Below, one piece after another: positions 39,411-52,521 of a DNA stretch of 64,000 nt; position 1 is the stretch's first letter, and each line of letters starts with the position of its first letter. The DNA is taken from positions 157,170,001-157,234,000 of the forward strand of contig OZ024740.1 of NCBI GenBank assembly GCA_964016885.1. Direction: 5' to 3'. Made by a program: the position numbers and the translations under genes. Below the pieces are notes generated by a model. That model saw only the letters and a program-made list of their open reading frames with translations, searched no databases and was not told the DNA's origin. The stretch is from Eledone cirrhosa. Lineage: Eukaryota.

Positions 39411-40239
39411 AATATGTGAAATTTCTGTGTCGATACTTAGTTTTAAGGAGATTTTCCCGGCTTTTAATAGTAGACATGAACACCATAATTTATATGATAA
39501 TATATAACATGGTAATATATGATAACATGATAATATATAACATAGATTCTAGAGGCCGGAGATAATTAATCGCAGTGTTATCTCTAGAAGGATTGAACAC
39601 AAAACATAAAGGGTTATAGCAAGTTGCTTAAAACACTCAGTTAGATACGGTACTGTCATGTCTCTTCTAAATCTGCTAGGTTTAGATATTTAAACATTAA
39701 TATTTGTGTTTTTTTGTGCTAGTGTATATAGCTAAAACTTCAAATTACTTTTCAAAGGTACTTTTATTAATATTTTATTTTAGTATTTTAGTATGTATTA
39801 AAAGAAATTATCTGCGAGTCAAACAAATTTGTTAAAACACTATATTCGTGAAAATATTTAATCGATCAATTTATTTTCTCTCCAATTTATTTGAATGTAT
39901 GTGTGTGTAAATGTGAATATATACATCGATATATAAGAGTATAATATATATATATATATATATGTGTACGCGCGCGTGTGTGTTTGTGTGTGAAAGATAT
40001 TTATATGCATATATTTCCATATATGTATGCATATAGAGTATATGAGTATTTTGAATTTATATAAATATAAAATATGATGACTATTTTAACCCTTTGCTTC
40101 ATTTCGATTATCGGTATATTATAAATGAACAACACGCATGAAGTGATCAGATAACAATTCTATATACTAATATATACTAATATATATTTATCTTTCCTTA
40201 ACTCATTGTCACCCCTCTCTCTATTTCCTTCATACTCAC

Positions 40240-40305
<66 letters not shown>

Positions 40306-40306
40306 C

Positions 40307-40365
<59 letters not shown>

Positions 40366-40530
40366 TATAGATAGGTAAATATACACGGGTGTGTATGATC
40401 GTGTATAGATTATATTAATAAGAGGAATTCCAACTTTGTCTGATTTACTCGTTTTATTTACAATCCTTTAAAATATATAATGATATTATAATGAAACAGT
40501 ATAATAGGATATTAAATTCTAAGTGTTAAT

Positions 40531-40569
40531 TGAGCAAGTACTTTCATGCTTTCGCAATCTTCAGGTTCA
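40531..40569 (-). ncRNA. Minimal type I hammerhead in the Neptune terminal repeat
   Basis: TGAAC-CTGAAGA-tTGC gaaa GCAt-GAAA-GTA-CTT-GCTCA; palindromic AAGTACTT stem III; one mismatch in stem I. Confidence 0.65.
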
Positions 40570-40955
40570 TAATATGTTGTGACAGTCGAGTTTGCAATTT
40601 TCAACTGTAATGAGATGGGTAAATTTCCTACCCTTTATACATTTTATACAGAGAAAAGTGGCTCCAGAATGCTAAGCCCTGTAAACTTTATTTCGACCAA
40701 TCAGTGTGTAGTTTCACTGAATTACTAAAGCTGATTGGTTTAAGCGTCACGGCTGGTTGAGCATGCTAACGACCAATGATCATATCCAAAGCATCAATTG
40801 TTTTGCTATGTTTAGAAATGATGAAAATAGCATTTTCTATTAATCATCACCATCAACATCACTTTTATTATTATTATTATTGTTGTTGTTGTTGTTGTTG
40901 TTGTTGTTAGTTGTCGTGGTCATAGTGGTAGTAGAAGTAATACCCATAGGCGTTA

Positions 40956-42833
40956 TTATTGTTCATTTAGCTTGGGTTTGAATTTATCAATAAAATTCTT
41001 TTCTTTGATTTTTCTCTTGATTTCACTTGGGCTGTGTAATTTGTAGACTGGGAATATTATAAATATTCCCTGACCACATGTTGCCAGGTGGCCGCTTAGG
41101 GGTATCTGACGGACATTTGGGTCTCTGATTTGTTGACGGTGTACCCGTGCACGTTCCGATAGTGCATTTCCAGTTTGACCGACATATAGTTCTTCACAAT
41201 TCGGGCATTTAATGCAGTAAATTAGATTTTTGCTTTTGCTGTTCATATTTGCATTTGGGAATATTTTTCCAGTTTTTGTTTTCATATATTGACCGGCGTT
41301 TATGGATTGACATGTGCCGCATCGACTATCATTGCATTTAGATACAGTGAATGATTGGTCTTTGTTGTTAAGGTCAAACTTTGCTTTTGTTAGTAATTGC
41401 TTCAAATTTTTTGGCTGTCTTTTACTAAGAGTCAAAGATCGATCTGTGATTAAGCCTTTTAATTCATTACTTTGAGCAATGATCGGTAGGTTTGCTTTGG
41501 CAGTGTTGAAGATATTCTGGTGACATGGGTTGTGTGTCATTATAAATGGTATGACCAGTTCTTGGTTTCTTCTTCCTTGGGTTGTTCTAAGTTGTTGTAT
41601 AGGTATTTTTATAGCCCGCTGTATGCCATTTTCTATAAGTAGAGATGGGTATTTTTGTTTGAGCAAAAATTCTCTTAGTTCTGTTACAATGGTACAAATT
41701 CTTCTGGCTAGGCAGTATGGGATGTTGCGTTTTGTATGAGGTGGATGGCACGACTTAAAATTCAGATATTTATGGGTGTCTGTGTGTTTATAATATATAT
41801 CCGTGGTAATGGTGGTGTCGTTTTTGATTATCATTATATCTAGGAATGGTAATTTAGTCCTACTCATCTCTTTTGTGAATTGGAGAGATGGGTGTAGGTT
41901 ATTCAGGAGGATATTGAACTCATCCAGAGTATCTAGAGATTCTGTCCAGATGATGAAACAGTCGTCAAGGTATCTCTTCCAAGATTTTTCAATGTACTTT
42001 CTAAAGTCAGTACTATATTTTTTCTCTATTTCTTGGTAGAGTTGTTCTAAGTATCCCATTACAGAGTTCGCGTAAACGGGAGCAAACTTCGTTCCCATCG
42101 CTGTGCCTCTAATTTGGATGTAATTCTTTCCATTGAAGAAGAAAGTGTTGTTTTCCAGAATAAGTTTAACTGTGTCTAATATAAATGGCGCTGTGAATCT
42201 AATGGGAATCACTTCTCTATGTTTTTCCACCCAGTATTTAACCGCCTTTATTCCTAAATCATGTGTAATGTTGGTGTAAAGGCTTACCACATCAAAACTG
42301 AGTAGAAGTGAATTCGTTTCCGTGGTTTTGGGAAGATGGGACAGGAAGTCGATATCATCCCGGATGAAACTGGGTATGTGAATACATAGTGGTTTCAAAA
42401 TAATGTCAACAAAATTGCTTAGACGGTGGGTGGGGCATGTTGTACCAGCTATAATAGGTCTAAGTTTTAAGTCTTTTGGGTGTAATAATTTAATGTACTC
42501 ACTGTTTTGTTCTCTTACTGCCAGTTGTATTTCTTTTGACTTATGAACTTTCGGTAGGCCATACAGGTTGCTGGGTTTCGGCTCAAAATTGGTGATGTAG
42601 TCTCTTTCCTTATCAGTAAATGAGTTGTGGTATTTTGAAGCCAGGTTGTTGATCTTCTTCATGATGTTGTGGTCTATATTTGACGGTATTTCATAATAGA
42701 ATGTTGTGTCTTTCAGTTGTTCCTCAACCAAATCATTGTAGTATTCAGTATCCATTATAACAACTGCACCCCCTTTATCTGCTTGTTTAATTATTATTGT
42801 TTTATCATTTTGTATACGTTTAAGTGCAGACAT
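40956..42833 (-). CDS. PLE reverse transcriptase plus GIY-YIG endonuclease (N-terminus truncated; 10-aa in-frame deletion)
   Basis: IKQADKGG, LYGLPKVHK, FDVVSLYT, GTAMG, WKRYLDDCF, PFLD, SCHP, CNDSRCGTC, IY...YVGQTG. Confidence 0.95.
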   Translation of the reverse strand: MSALKRIQNDKTIIIKQADKGGAVVIMDTEYYNDLVEEQLKDTTFYYEIPSNIDHNIMKKINNLASKYHNSFTDKERDYITNFEPKPSNLYGLPKVHKSKEIQLAVREQNSEYIKLLHPKDLKLRPIIAGTTCPTHRLSNFVDIILKPLCIHIPSFIRDDIDFLSHLPKTTETNSLLLSFDVVSLYTNITHDLGIKAVKYWVEKHREVIPIRFTAPFILDTVKLILENNTFFFNGKNYIQIRGTAMGTKFAPVYANSVMGYLEQLYQEIEKKYSTDFRKYIEKSWKRYLDDCFIIWTESLDTLDEFNILLNNLHPSLQFTKEMSRTKLPFLDIMIIKNDTTITTDIYYKHTDTHKYLNFKSCHPPHTKRNIPYCLARRICTIVTELREFLLKQKYPSLLIENGIQRAIKIPIQQLRTTQGRRNQELVIPFIMTHNPCHQNIFNTAKANLPIIAQSNELKGLITDRSLTLSKRQPKNLKQLLTKAKFDLNNKDQSFTVSKCNDSRCGTCQSINAGQYMKTKTGKIFPNANMNSKSKNLIYCIKCPNCEELYVGQTGNALSERARVHRQQIRDPNVRQIPLSGHLATCGQGIFIIFPVYKLHSPSEIKRKIKEKNFIDKFKPKLNEQ

Positions 42834-42989
42834 TTCTGACTTGTTAATGTTTGGCCTAACATTAGTATTATGTCTAAGAGGAAATTTAGACAGGATGTCA
42901 ATGTATTGGTCGAGATAGATATTTCTTCCTTTTGGCGGAGTGAAATTTGATTTATTCTTTACTAGTGATTCATCACTCTCATTATTTTT

Positions 42990-43026
<37 letters not shown>

Positions 43027-43169
43027 GTAGAACACTGGAAGATAATATCCGTAGTGGTAGAGCACTCAGTCCATGGGACGAGTTATTTAAACATTAATAT
43101 TTGTGTTGTTTTTTTTTGTACTAGTGTATATAGCTAAAACTTCAAATTACTTTTCAAAGGTACTTTTAT

Positions 43170-43590
43170 AAATACCACCTACACTACCGTCGATGGTTTA
43201 GACGGAGTAGCCTGGGAAAAGAAGACAACTTCAGACCTATTCGACGTCTCCATGGGATCGTTTGACAGTGCTGGCGTATGCGACTTGGTTGACCTATTTA
43301 TTTTAGACATATTACGTGTTAGATTCTCGGACTTCCACACGGGAATATACGGCGACGATGGACTGGCCTTATCGAGCCATAAAAGTGGTCACGACCTCGA
43401 CCGGTTTAAGAAAGACTTAGCTTCTACCTTCAATGAGTTAGGACTTAGGATAACAGTAGCTACCAACCTCTCTAGCGTAGATTTCTTGGACATTAATTTA
43501 GACCTTCGCACACACACCTACAGACCCTTCCATAAGCTAAAGGAGAAACTTAATTACATTCACAAGGACTCATGCCACCCTCCCACTGAA
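43170..43590 (+). pseudogene. PLE RT fragment related to the 27-28 kb element
   Basis: FDVSMGSFDSAGVCDLV, GIYGDDGL, VDFLDINL, YIHKDSCHPP. Confidence 0.85.
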
Positions 43591-43631
43591 AAAAAATATA
43601 TATATACTGTATATATATATACTCTCATACT

Positions 43632-43708
<77 letters not shown>

Positions 43709-43835
43709 TCGCCGTTTAACGTCCATTTTTCTACGCTAGCAATGAAGAAAGTGAGCGAGGTAGGGTAGACGTACAAGGTGGTAATTATGGTGAAGAATTG
43801 TGTTTTTAAGCTATGGCATAAGGCAGTATATATTA

Positions 43836-44010
43836 TTGGCAGCATTGGTAGAGCATCGGGCTTTGCAGTATAGAGTTACGACCTTTTACGTTTTGAAGTC
43901 AAATCCCACCGAGGTTAGGCTTGCTTTCATCGATAAAATAAAATAATATCCGGGGTCGATAAAATAAAGTAATATCCAGTAACGCACTGGAGTCGGTTTA
44001 ATCGACTTTT
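43836..44010 (+). mobile_element. Older SINE copy
   Basis: ttggcagcattggtagagcatcgg...caaatcccaccgaggtt...ggggtcgataaaataaagta. Confidence 0.75.
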
Positions 44011-44207
44011 CCCTCCCCCTGTTAGTGCCTGTGATTTCTTTTGTGCGTATGTGTGTACACCTAAATGTGTGTGTGTATGTTTACGTATGTGTGTGTGTGT
44101 GTATCTATGCTAATATACAAGTATGTCACAATTATTTTATGTTTTTTGTATACATGTGTATGCACGTATGTTGTATCTGTATACGAAAAGACACAAATTA
44201 AGGAGAG

Positions 44208-44305
<98 letters not shown>

Positions 44306-44503
44306 GAAAATAAGAAAAACAGTAGAATAGAATTTATTTTCAAAAAGCAATTAATCGTACCGGTTTCAGTCAATAATTGTTTAGGCTTCTTGGTGCTACA
44401 GTAAGTATGATTAAAAAGTGTATAATAAAATGAAGGTGTATATTAATAAGAAGAGGGTATAAGAGAACTTAGTTTACATACGTATAAAAGAGTTCACATT
44501 TTC

Positions 44504-44577
<74 letters not shown>

Positions 44578-44908
44578 CTTCTTGGTGATTAGAAATAGAA
44601 GTTGGTTTGTTCCTTGTTATTATTTGACTGGTTGTTGACTACAATTGCAGTAGTAGTAGTGGAAGTAGTAAAGGGAGAAGAAGAAGAAGAAGAAGAAGAA
44701 GAAGAAGAAGAAGAAGAAGAAAGTTTGGTGGTAATAATAGGGCTGTAGCAAAGGCGGAAGGGGAGTCGAAGGAGGAGAAGCAGAAAGAGACGGCGTGGAG
44801 GTGTGGTAGTAATATTATTATTATTATTTAAAGTACCAGTAATGCACTGGGATAATTGCTGGCCTTGTACCCAAAAGTAGAAACAATTATTATTATTATT
44901 AGTGTTGT

Positions 44909-44952
<44 letters not shown>

Positions 44953-45438
44953 ATAGAAGCTGTCCGTGGAACTGGCCTTAATGATAGAGTGACCTAAAAA
45001 TTGACCTGAAGGGGTCATACTTTATATATATATATATTAATATATAATTATTAATATATATATATATATATAATTTGCAAGTGTCAGATTGCAATATCTT
45101 ATTGTCAACAATTTAAAATATTAATGGAATTTCTGTTCAGGTTGTTTATTCCATTTTCAGTCTGTTTACATTCAGTACGAGCTGGAATGCGCATAGGCAG
45201 TGAAGCAATATCTACTCGGTTTTTGACAATAGAATATCTGAGTGTTACTTCAAGAATCATTGCTGTAAATCATAACCCCCCTTCCCATTTACTGAACAAT
45301 AGAAGTAGCCTCTGCACCAGAGGTTCTCAAAATGGGTGCTACCGCCCCCGGGAGCGTTAACAATGTCCAGGGGAGCTCTGGGTCCTAAGAGGATCGTAGA
45401 GATGATATAATAGTATATTAAATGTCAGATGATACATA

Positions 45439-48400
45439 TCTCTATATATATAAAACGGTAGATGTCTGTCTGTGTGTGTTTATGATGTTTATGCATTTCC
45501 ACATTTCTCTACCGATTTTGATGATTCTTTTTCCAATGTGCTCCAACTTTACCAGGGCAGGTCAACGTGAAATTACTTTTGCCTAAAATTTCCTGCTTCT
45601 ATGAAAACAATTGATAAAACTAAATACATGCTGTAACCCTCTCTCTTACACGCTTCATTCCTCTCACTACCCTCAATCTCCTCCGCAACTCTCTTTAAAG
45701 GGTTACTGCCTCCGTCTCCATTACAGTTTAGAACAACGACAAAACTTCTCTCTCTATATAATAGATCATTCCCCCTCTTCGTTCGTCATACATCAAATAT
45801 CAAAATTTAAAAAGCCGATAACACTAAATACATACTGCTCTCTCAACGTTACATTTTACACACTTACATTTTACATCAAAAAAATATTCAAAAGCAACAG
45901 ATAAATTTATAAAACAACAAACGTAACAATAACGACGCTTAAGCATTTATTTACATGATTCTCAACAAAGACATTATATTATATTGTTGTCCTTTTTGTC
46001 ATTTTCTTTCTTTGTTTTTCTCAATATGAGACAAATAATTAATAAGAAAACTTTTTTAACGAACGTCCGATTTCGATGATTTATTTTCCAGTGTGCTCCA
46101 AAATAACGCCCCTGTTTACGCTCTTTTGTGCTATAACTCAGACAGGCTTGGCTTACAGGTTTGACCTATTATTTGACGTGCATTCTTCATAGATCTTACT
46201 TAGTTCTCACTTTCTACTTACTCACCGTTCAATTGAAAGTTTTGGCTACTCCCCCTTTCATGCTCCATTACCTGCATAAATATTTACGTGTTCGGTCCTG
46301 CTACAATATAGTACTCACTTTAAACTAATTCAAAGTTCATTTGAAAATTTTTGCTACCAAACACATTCTTTGAATCTACGGTCATGCCACCCAAAAAAAA
46401 CCACGACTTAGTCGCCAAACTAAAGCTGCTTCTGCTGCCAAACGAAGAAGAGCTACAGAGTTGTCTGTAGAAAAATTGACTCGGTTGTCACAAAATGCAA
46501 CTCGAAATGCAATTACCCGGGCAACCGAGACAGAAAAAAAGAGGAGCATCCGCCTTTCCGGAAATGCATTTGTAACTGCAGTTGCACGTGCAGCGCAAAC
46601 TGATGAACAACATTCTCGACGACGAAGCAAAAATGCGGCCTCCACCGCTACGGCACGTGACGGTGAGGACGAAGAACACCGTTACAGTCGACGACGAAGA
46701 GATGCCGCCTCAACTGCTGCGTCACGTGCTGCCGAGGACGAAGGGCAGCGTTCCAGACGTCAACGTACGGACGCCGCTTCAACAGCTTCCGTTCGCGCGT
46801 CAGAGACTGCGCAAATTCAATTACAAAGGCTAAACGCCAACACACTCTGCAGGAGTGCTAAACGAGGTACACAGAGGATCAGTTGCACTCAGTAGTCTCC
46901 TAAGGCTTTCCTCTATGACCCAATAGTAAACTATGCACTGATGCCAGAAGTTCAGATTGGATCCATGTCTGTTATTTGCCAATATTGTCGGGCAAAAAAA
47001 TGGCCTGGGGAGACTTCAGCGATGTGCTGCTCTGGTGGCAAAGTGAGACTGCCTCCTCTACAGGAACTACCACAACCTTTGAAGTTTCTACTGATCCGTG
47101 CCACAGCGGAGTCGGAACACTTCCTTCGATGTTCCAGGAGATACAACGCTGCCTTCCAAATGACCTCTTTCGGAGCTAACATCATACACGAGGACGGCTT
47201 CATGCCTACCTTTAAAGTTCAAGGACAAATTTACCACAGAATCGGTTCGCTACTGCCCACGACAGACGGACAGCCCCAGTTCCTACAGCTATACTTTGTC
47301 ACTGACTATTTGGACCAAGCGGAACGATGCGCTTCAATTTCGCCTGGCACAGACATGAAAATTCTGTTGCAACTCGAGAGAATGCTGCACGAAAACAACA
47401 ACTACATTCGCAGTTTTAAATGCGCATTGGAGGCTGCTCCGTTGCCAAATTTTGCTGTTATAATCGACACTGACAGGAAACCACCAGGCACCCACGCCGG
47501 ACGTTTTAACACTCCCACGTGCAATGAAATAGCTGTGCTTCTTCATGGAGAACAATACAACAAGCGGGACATCATATTTCAGTGTAGGGACAATAGTCTG
47601 CAACGGATCAGCGAGACGCATAGGTCCTACGACGCATTCCAATATCCCCTACTTTTCCCATTCGGTGACGACGGATACCACTTTGGAATTCCTTTGTGCA
47701 ACAGCAACAAAACTGTTTCCTCTATGCAAATCTACACCTACCGATTCATGGTCCGTGAATGCTACTTTAACCAACTCCACCGTGCAAGAGTACCCTTCAA
47801 CCAGCTTGCTGTAGACGCGTGCGCAAAGATGGAATCTGAAAGGCTGTGCTACATAAGGAACAATCAAGCACACCTTCGTTCGGACAGCTACATTCACTTA
47901 CGGGATGGAGTAAGGAATGACGTCGATCCCGAGAACCTAGGAAAACATTGTATCCTTCCGTCGACCTTCATTGGGAGTCCCCGATACATGAGTGAACGCA
48001 CACAGGATGCTAAGACGTACGTGCGTCTCTACGGCAGACCGGATCTCTTCATCACTTCAACATGCAACCCTAAGTGGAATGAAATTACCGCAGAATTATT
48101 CCCCGGACAAAGGGCGTCAGACAGACACGATCTTACGGCACAAGTCTTTCACTTGAAGTTGACAAAACTTATTGAACTCCTAAAATCAGGTAAGGCCTTT
48201 GGACCTGTTAGGTGCTACGTATACACCGTTGAGTGACAAAAGAGAGGCCTGCCACACGCTCACCTACACATTTGGCTGATAACGAAAATCAACGCAAGCA
48301 GCATTGACAGCATCATTTCAGCAGAAATACCCGACCCAAAATTGGACAGAGAACTCCACAACATTGTCACTGCTCACATGGTTCATGGGCCATGCGGAAA

Positions 48401-51184
48401 CGGTTTCAACATGAATTCTCCATGCATTAAAGAAAGAAGGTGCACCAAGAGGTATCCTAGGCCATTCCTCCGAGAAACTCGGTCAGGTGGCGACGGTTAT
48501 CTATTATACCGCTGCAGGGAGCCAGCGGACGGAGGAATTGTTGCGAAAACACCACATCAGAACGTCGACAACCGGTGGATTGTACCCTACTGCCCACTTC
48601 TGCTTAAATTGTTTAACGTCCACATTAACGTTGAATACTGCCACTCCGTCAAATCGATAAAGTACGTCTGCAAGTATATCAATAAGGGGTCCGATGCTGC
48701 GTCCTTTGGTCTTACAATGGAGAACAACCGAGACGAAGTCGAAGGTCGGCCGATACATCAGCAGCAATGAAGCGTTCTGGCGATTCTTCCATTTTGCAAT
48801 ACACCATAACAACCCCCCAATCAAACAGTTGGCGGTGCACCTTGAAAACGGTCAAAGAGTCTACTTCACCGTCTCCACCGCTGCTGAGATAGCAGAGGAA
48901 CCCAAGGACACCACACTTACGGCATTTTTTAAGTTATGCCGAAACGATCCCTTCGCCAAGATCATCTTCTACTCTCAGGTGCCATCATACTACACATGGA
49001 ACACAGACAACAGAATTTGGTTAAGAAGGGTGAAAGGACAACCCGTCGAGGGACATCCAGACATTAAAATGTCCCCTACCCTTGGGAGAGTGTACACCAT
49101 TCATCCTAACCAACAGGAATGCTTTTATCTCCGCCTTCTACTTCATGACGTGGTATGACCGACATCTTTCGATGATCTGAAAATAATCAACGGAGAGCTT
49201 TGTACTTCATTCCGCTCAGCCTGCCTTAGACGGGGTCTACTGGAAGATGGCGCTCAGTGGGATGCGACATTGGCGGAGGCAGCTACAATACGCTCAGCTC
49301 GAACTCTTCGGCAACTCTTGCGGTGCTACTGCAGACATGCGAGTTAAGTGACCCTGCATCCTTATGGGACAAATACAAAGAGGACCTTTCCGATGACTAC
49401 ATACACCAAGGACAACTGCTACTCCCTCATTCCGACGTACGACTCAGCGACGAATTCTTCAACAAGGCTCTCGTGGACATCGAGGACAAAATCCTAACTG
49501 CCGGCGGAAATGACCTTCCATTCTATGGACTGCCAAAAGTTCAGCGAACGGGCTCCGACAAACTTCCGACGGGCATAATTCAGGAAACTGCCTACGACGT
49601 CCACGCCCTCGAACTGTTCATCAACGAAAACGAGCCGAAATTGTTTCAGGGCCGGGCCAACGGCGGGCGTATGACACAGTTTGCACTTCCATTCGTCAAC
49701 GCAGATGAGGTATCTTCTTTTTGGACGCCCCAGGAGGAACTGGTAAAACATTCGTCAATAAACTCCTCCTCGCCAAAGTGCGACAGCAGAAAGGAATCGG
49801 CCTGGCTGTGGCTTCTTCTGGCATTGCCGCAACTTTGTTGCCCGGAGGTAGGACAGCTTATTCCGCATTTAAACTAGCATTCAACACGACTTCAGACGAC
49901 ACAATAACCTGCAACATCACCAAGCACTCTGACAAAGCTGAAGTCTTGAAAATATGCCACCTAATTGTGTGGCACGAATGCACAATGGCCCATAAAGGCT
50001 CCCTTGAGGCGTTAGACAGGATCCTACGAGACATCAGGGAATGCAACCGGCCGATGGGAGGAGTACCTCTACTGCTGTCTGGCGATTTTCGACAAACTCT
50101 TCCTGTTGTTCCAAAAGCCACCAGGACCGACACTGTGGGGGCTTGCATTAAGTCATCTCGCCTGTGGCAGGAAGTGACAATCCTGACCCTCACAACAAAC
50201 TTGAGAGCCCAACTGCTCGGCGACCACTCAGCAGCCGACTTCTCAAAGGACCTCTTAACAGTAGGTGACGGCACTGCACCTTCAGATGCAGCTGGAGAAA
50301 TGTCAGTCTCGCAAGTAGGCACCGTTGTCGACACTGTTGACGACCTCACAGCCTCTGTCTTTCCCAATATCGCGACCAACTACAAAAACACGAGTTGGTT
50401 GTGCGATAGAGCCATATTGGCTCCCAAAAATGTCTCAGTTGCAAAAACCAATGAGGACCTTCTGCAACGCATTCCTGGAAACCTCCGTACCTACAAATCT
50501 GTGGATAAAGTTGTGGACAAAGATGAGGTTGACGATTTTCCAACAGAATACCTCAATTCCTTGGACCTCTCTGGACTGCCACCTCATGAACTGCGCGTCA
50601 AAGTTGGGGCTCCAGTGATGCTGTTGAGGAACCTGGAACCACCACGTCTCTGCAATGGAACACGGTTAGTGGTAAGAAACCTCCTGCCGCATGTAATTGA
50701 AGCCACAATTCTCATGGGTTGCGGTGCTGGAGAAAACGTCTTCATACGCAGAATACCATTAACTCCATCAGGTATGGAATGTCCCTGTACTCTGCGCCGG
50801 CTTCAATTCCCCGTTAAACTTTGCTTCACGATGTCAATCAACAAGTCCCAAGGCCAAACGCTATCAATGGCAGGCCTGCATTTAGCCCAGCCGTGCTTCT
50901 CACACGACCAATTATACGTCGCATGCTCAAGAGTGGGATGCAAGCAGAACTTATTCATACTTGCGCCCAAAGGCAGAACAAAAAAATGTGGTCTACAGAG
51001 AGGTGTGGTGACTCCTCTATGCAGCACCACTGCAGTCTTGCCGGTCTGACATATGGTGAGTAGATGCTATTGTTGTATATTTTCAAACTTACCCGTATTT
51101 ACTTTCAATATTCATAATTGAGTGGAATCATTAAAAGTACTTTAAAGCAATTAAACTCCGAGCAACGCCGGGCACTTCTGCTAG
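45439..51184 (+). mobile_element. Full-length autonomous-type Helitron, inactivated
   Basis: 5' TC after A; 3' hairpin ccgagcaacgccgg then CTAG before T; Rep and Pif1 helicase inside. Confidence 0.95.
46384..51010 (+). pseudogene. Helitron RepHel: 23-aa repeats, Cys region, HUH Rep, Pif1 (SF1B) helicase
   Basis: CCSGGKV, YNAAFQMTSFG, GSPRYM, PDLFIT, VE-stop-QKRGLPHAH, KYVCKYINKG, DAPGGTGKTF, GDFRQTLPV, LCNGTRL, INKSQGQT; stops at 48234 and 49156, several frameshifts, Walker B reads WHEC. Confidence 0.95.
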
Positions 51185-51245
51185 TTATATAAATATAGTA
51201 AAATAAAAAATATATATTTATTTATACGTTATATATATTATATTA

Positions 51246-51986
51246 TCCCTATATATATATAACGGAAGATGTATGTATGTGTGTGTGTATGATGTTTATG
51301 CATTTCCACATTTCTCTACCGATTTTGATGATTCTTTTTCCAATGTGCTCCAAATTTACCAAGGATGGTCAACGCGTAATAACTTTTGCCAAAAATGTCC
51401 TGCTTCTATCAAAAAAAAATGATAAAAATAAATACATGCTGTAACCCTCTCTCTTACATGCTTATTCACTCTGTCTACTACCATCAACAATCTATGAAAC
51501 TACATACATGTTGCAACTCTCTTTAAAAGGTTCATCCCTCCCTCTACTCCCCGCTAAATCTCCTCTGCAACTCTCTTTAAACGGTTACTGTCTCCGTCTA
51601 CTACCCTATCACCATTACAATTTAGAACAGCGACAAAACTTCTTTTCAAGGAACGCGACACAAACTTTGAAAACTAAGCAACACATCAATTTATACAACA
51701 AACATAGCTTTACTCTCTCCGTCGCTCTTCCCTTTCTCTAAAATAGATTATTCCCCCTCTCTATAATTTAACTGCTTCACTCATTTCTTGCTTCGAGGTT
51801 TAACACGCCTCCTTATGGTTTCTTAGCTTCACTCTCTCCGTCTCTCTTCCCTCTCTCTATAATAGATCATTCCCCCTCTTCGTTCAGGAACGCGAAATAA
51901 ACTTTGATAACTCAGCAACACATCAATTTATACAACAAACATAGTCATAACGACGCTCATACATCAAATAACAAAACTTAAAAAGC
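51246..51986 (+). mobile_element. Helitron 5' segment (non-coding), 3'-truncated
   Basis: Starts A|TC cctatatatatataacggaagatg like 45439; near-identical to 56179-56853. Confidence 0.88.
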
Positions 51987-52521
51987 CCATAGGCAGGTCT
52001 CTCTGGAAATAGGGTTGGGTGACGAAGTCAAATAGGATATCATTAGGCGGGTGCTTGACCTGCTAATAATAGCAGCTAAACTTCCACCAAATCACACTTT
52101 ACACTCTTAATAAAGGGAGGATACATATACCTTATATAATACAGTCATAGATATGGTGAAAAGAACAGACACATGTGGCGGTGGACATGAATAGAATGTC
52201 TTTGATTATAGATCTGTTCGATCTATATTGACCTAACATTAAACAGAAGCAACAATTGACACATCGTTGTGATCTTGGTTTGTAAGTAGGGTCCATGAAC
52301 ACATGTACAATTCAGCATTGTGACGAAAAGCAGGCGTACTGTCTAAATATACTTGACTTATAGTAAAGTTTAATATAACGGACATGTGCGCAAAAGACTG
52401 AATTAGAAATGATTGTATTACAAACACGATATAAGGGTACATTTATGTATCTCTTCAATATTGAACTTGCGTGAGCTGCTACTTACTCAAATAATGTATC
52501 GGTGTGTATAGATACATACAT

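Larger units (their letters stand above)
40420..42995 (-). mobile_element. Penelope-like retroelement (Neptune-type) copy 2, with 3' UTR and hammerhead; 5'-truncated in (TA)n
   Basis: 625-aa ORF, identity to 1-1778; the 3' boundary near 40420 is approximate. Confidence 0.95.

Noticed and set aside
45124-45400. Short ORFs on both strands and a CAGAGGTTCTCAAA hAT-like terminus at 45318
   Set aside because: No protein motif; no matching second terminus found.
48234-48236. In-frame TGA codons in the Helitron as possible selenocysteine or readthrough
   Set aside because: They replace conserved Trp and Gly and co-occur with frameshifts and a Walker B mutation, i.e. decay.
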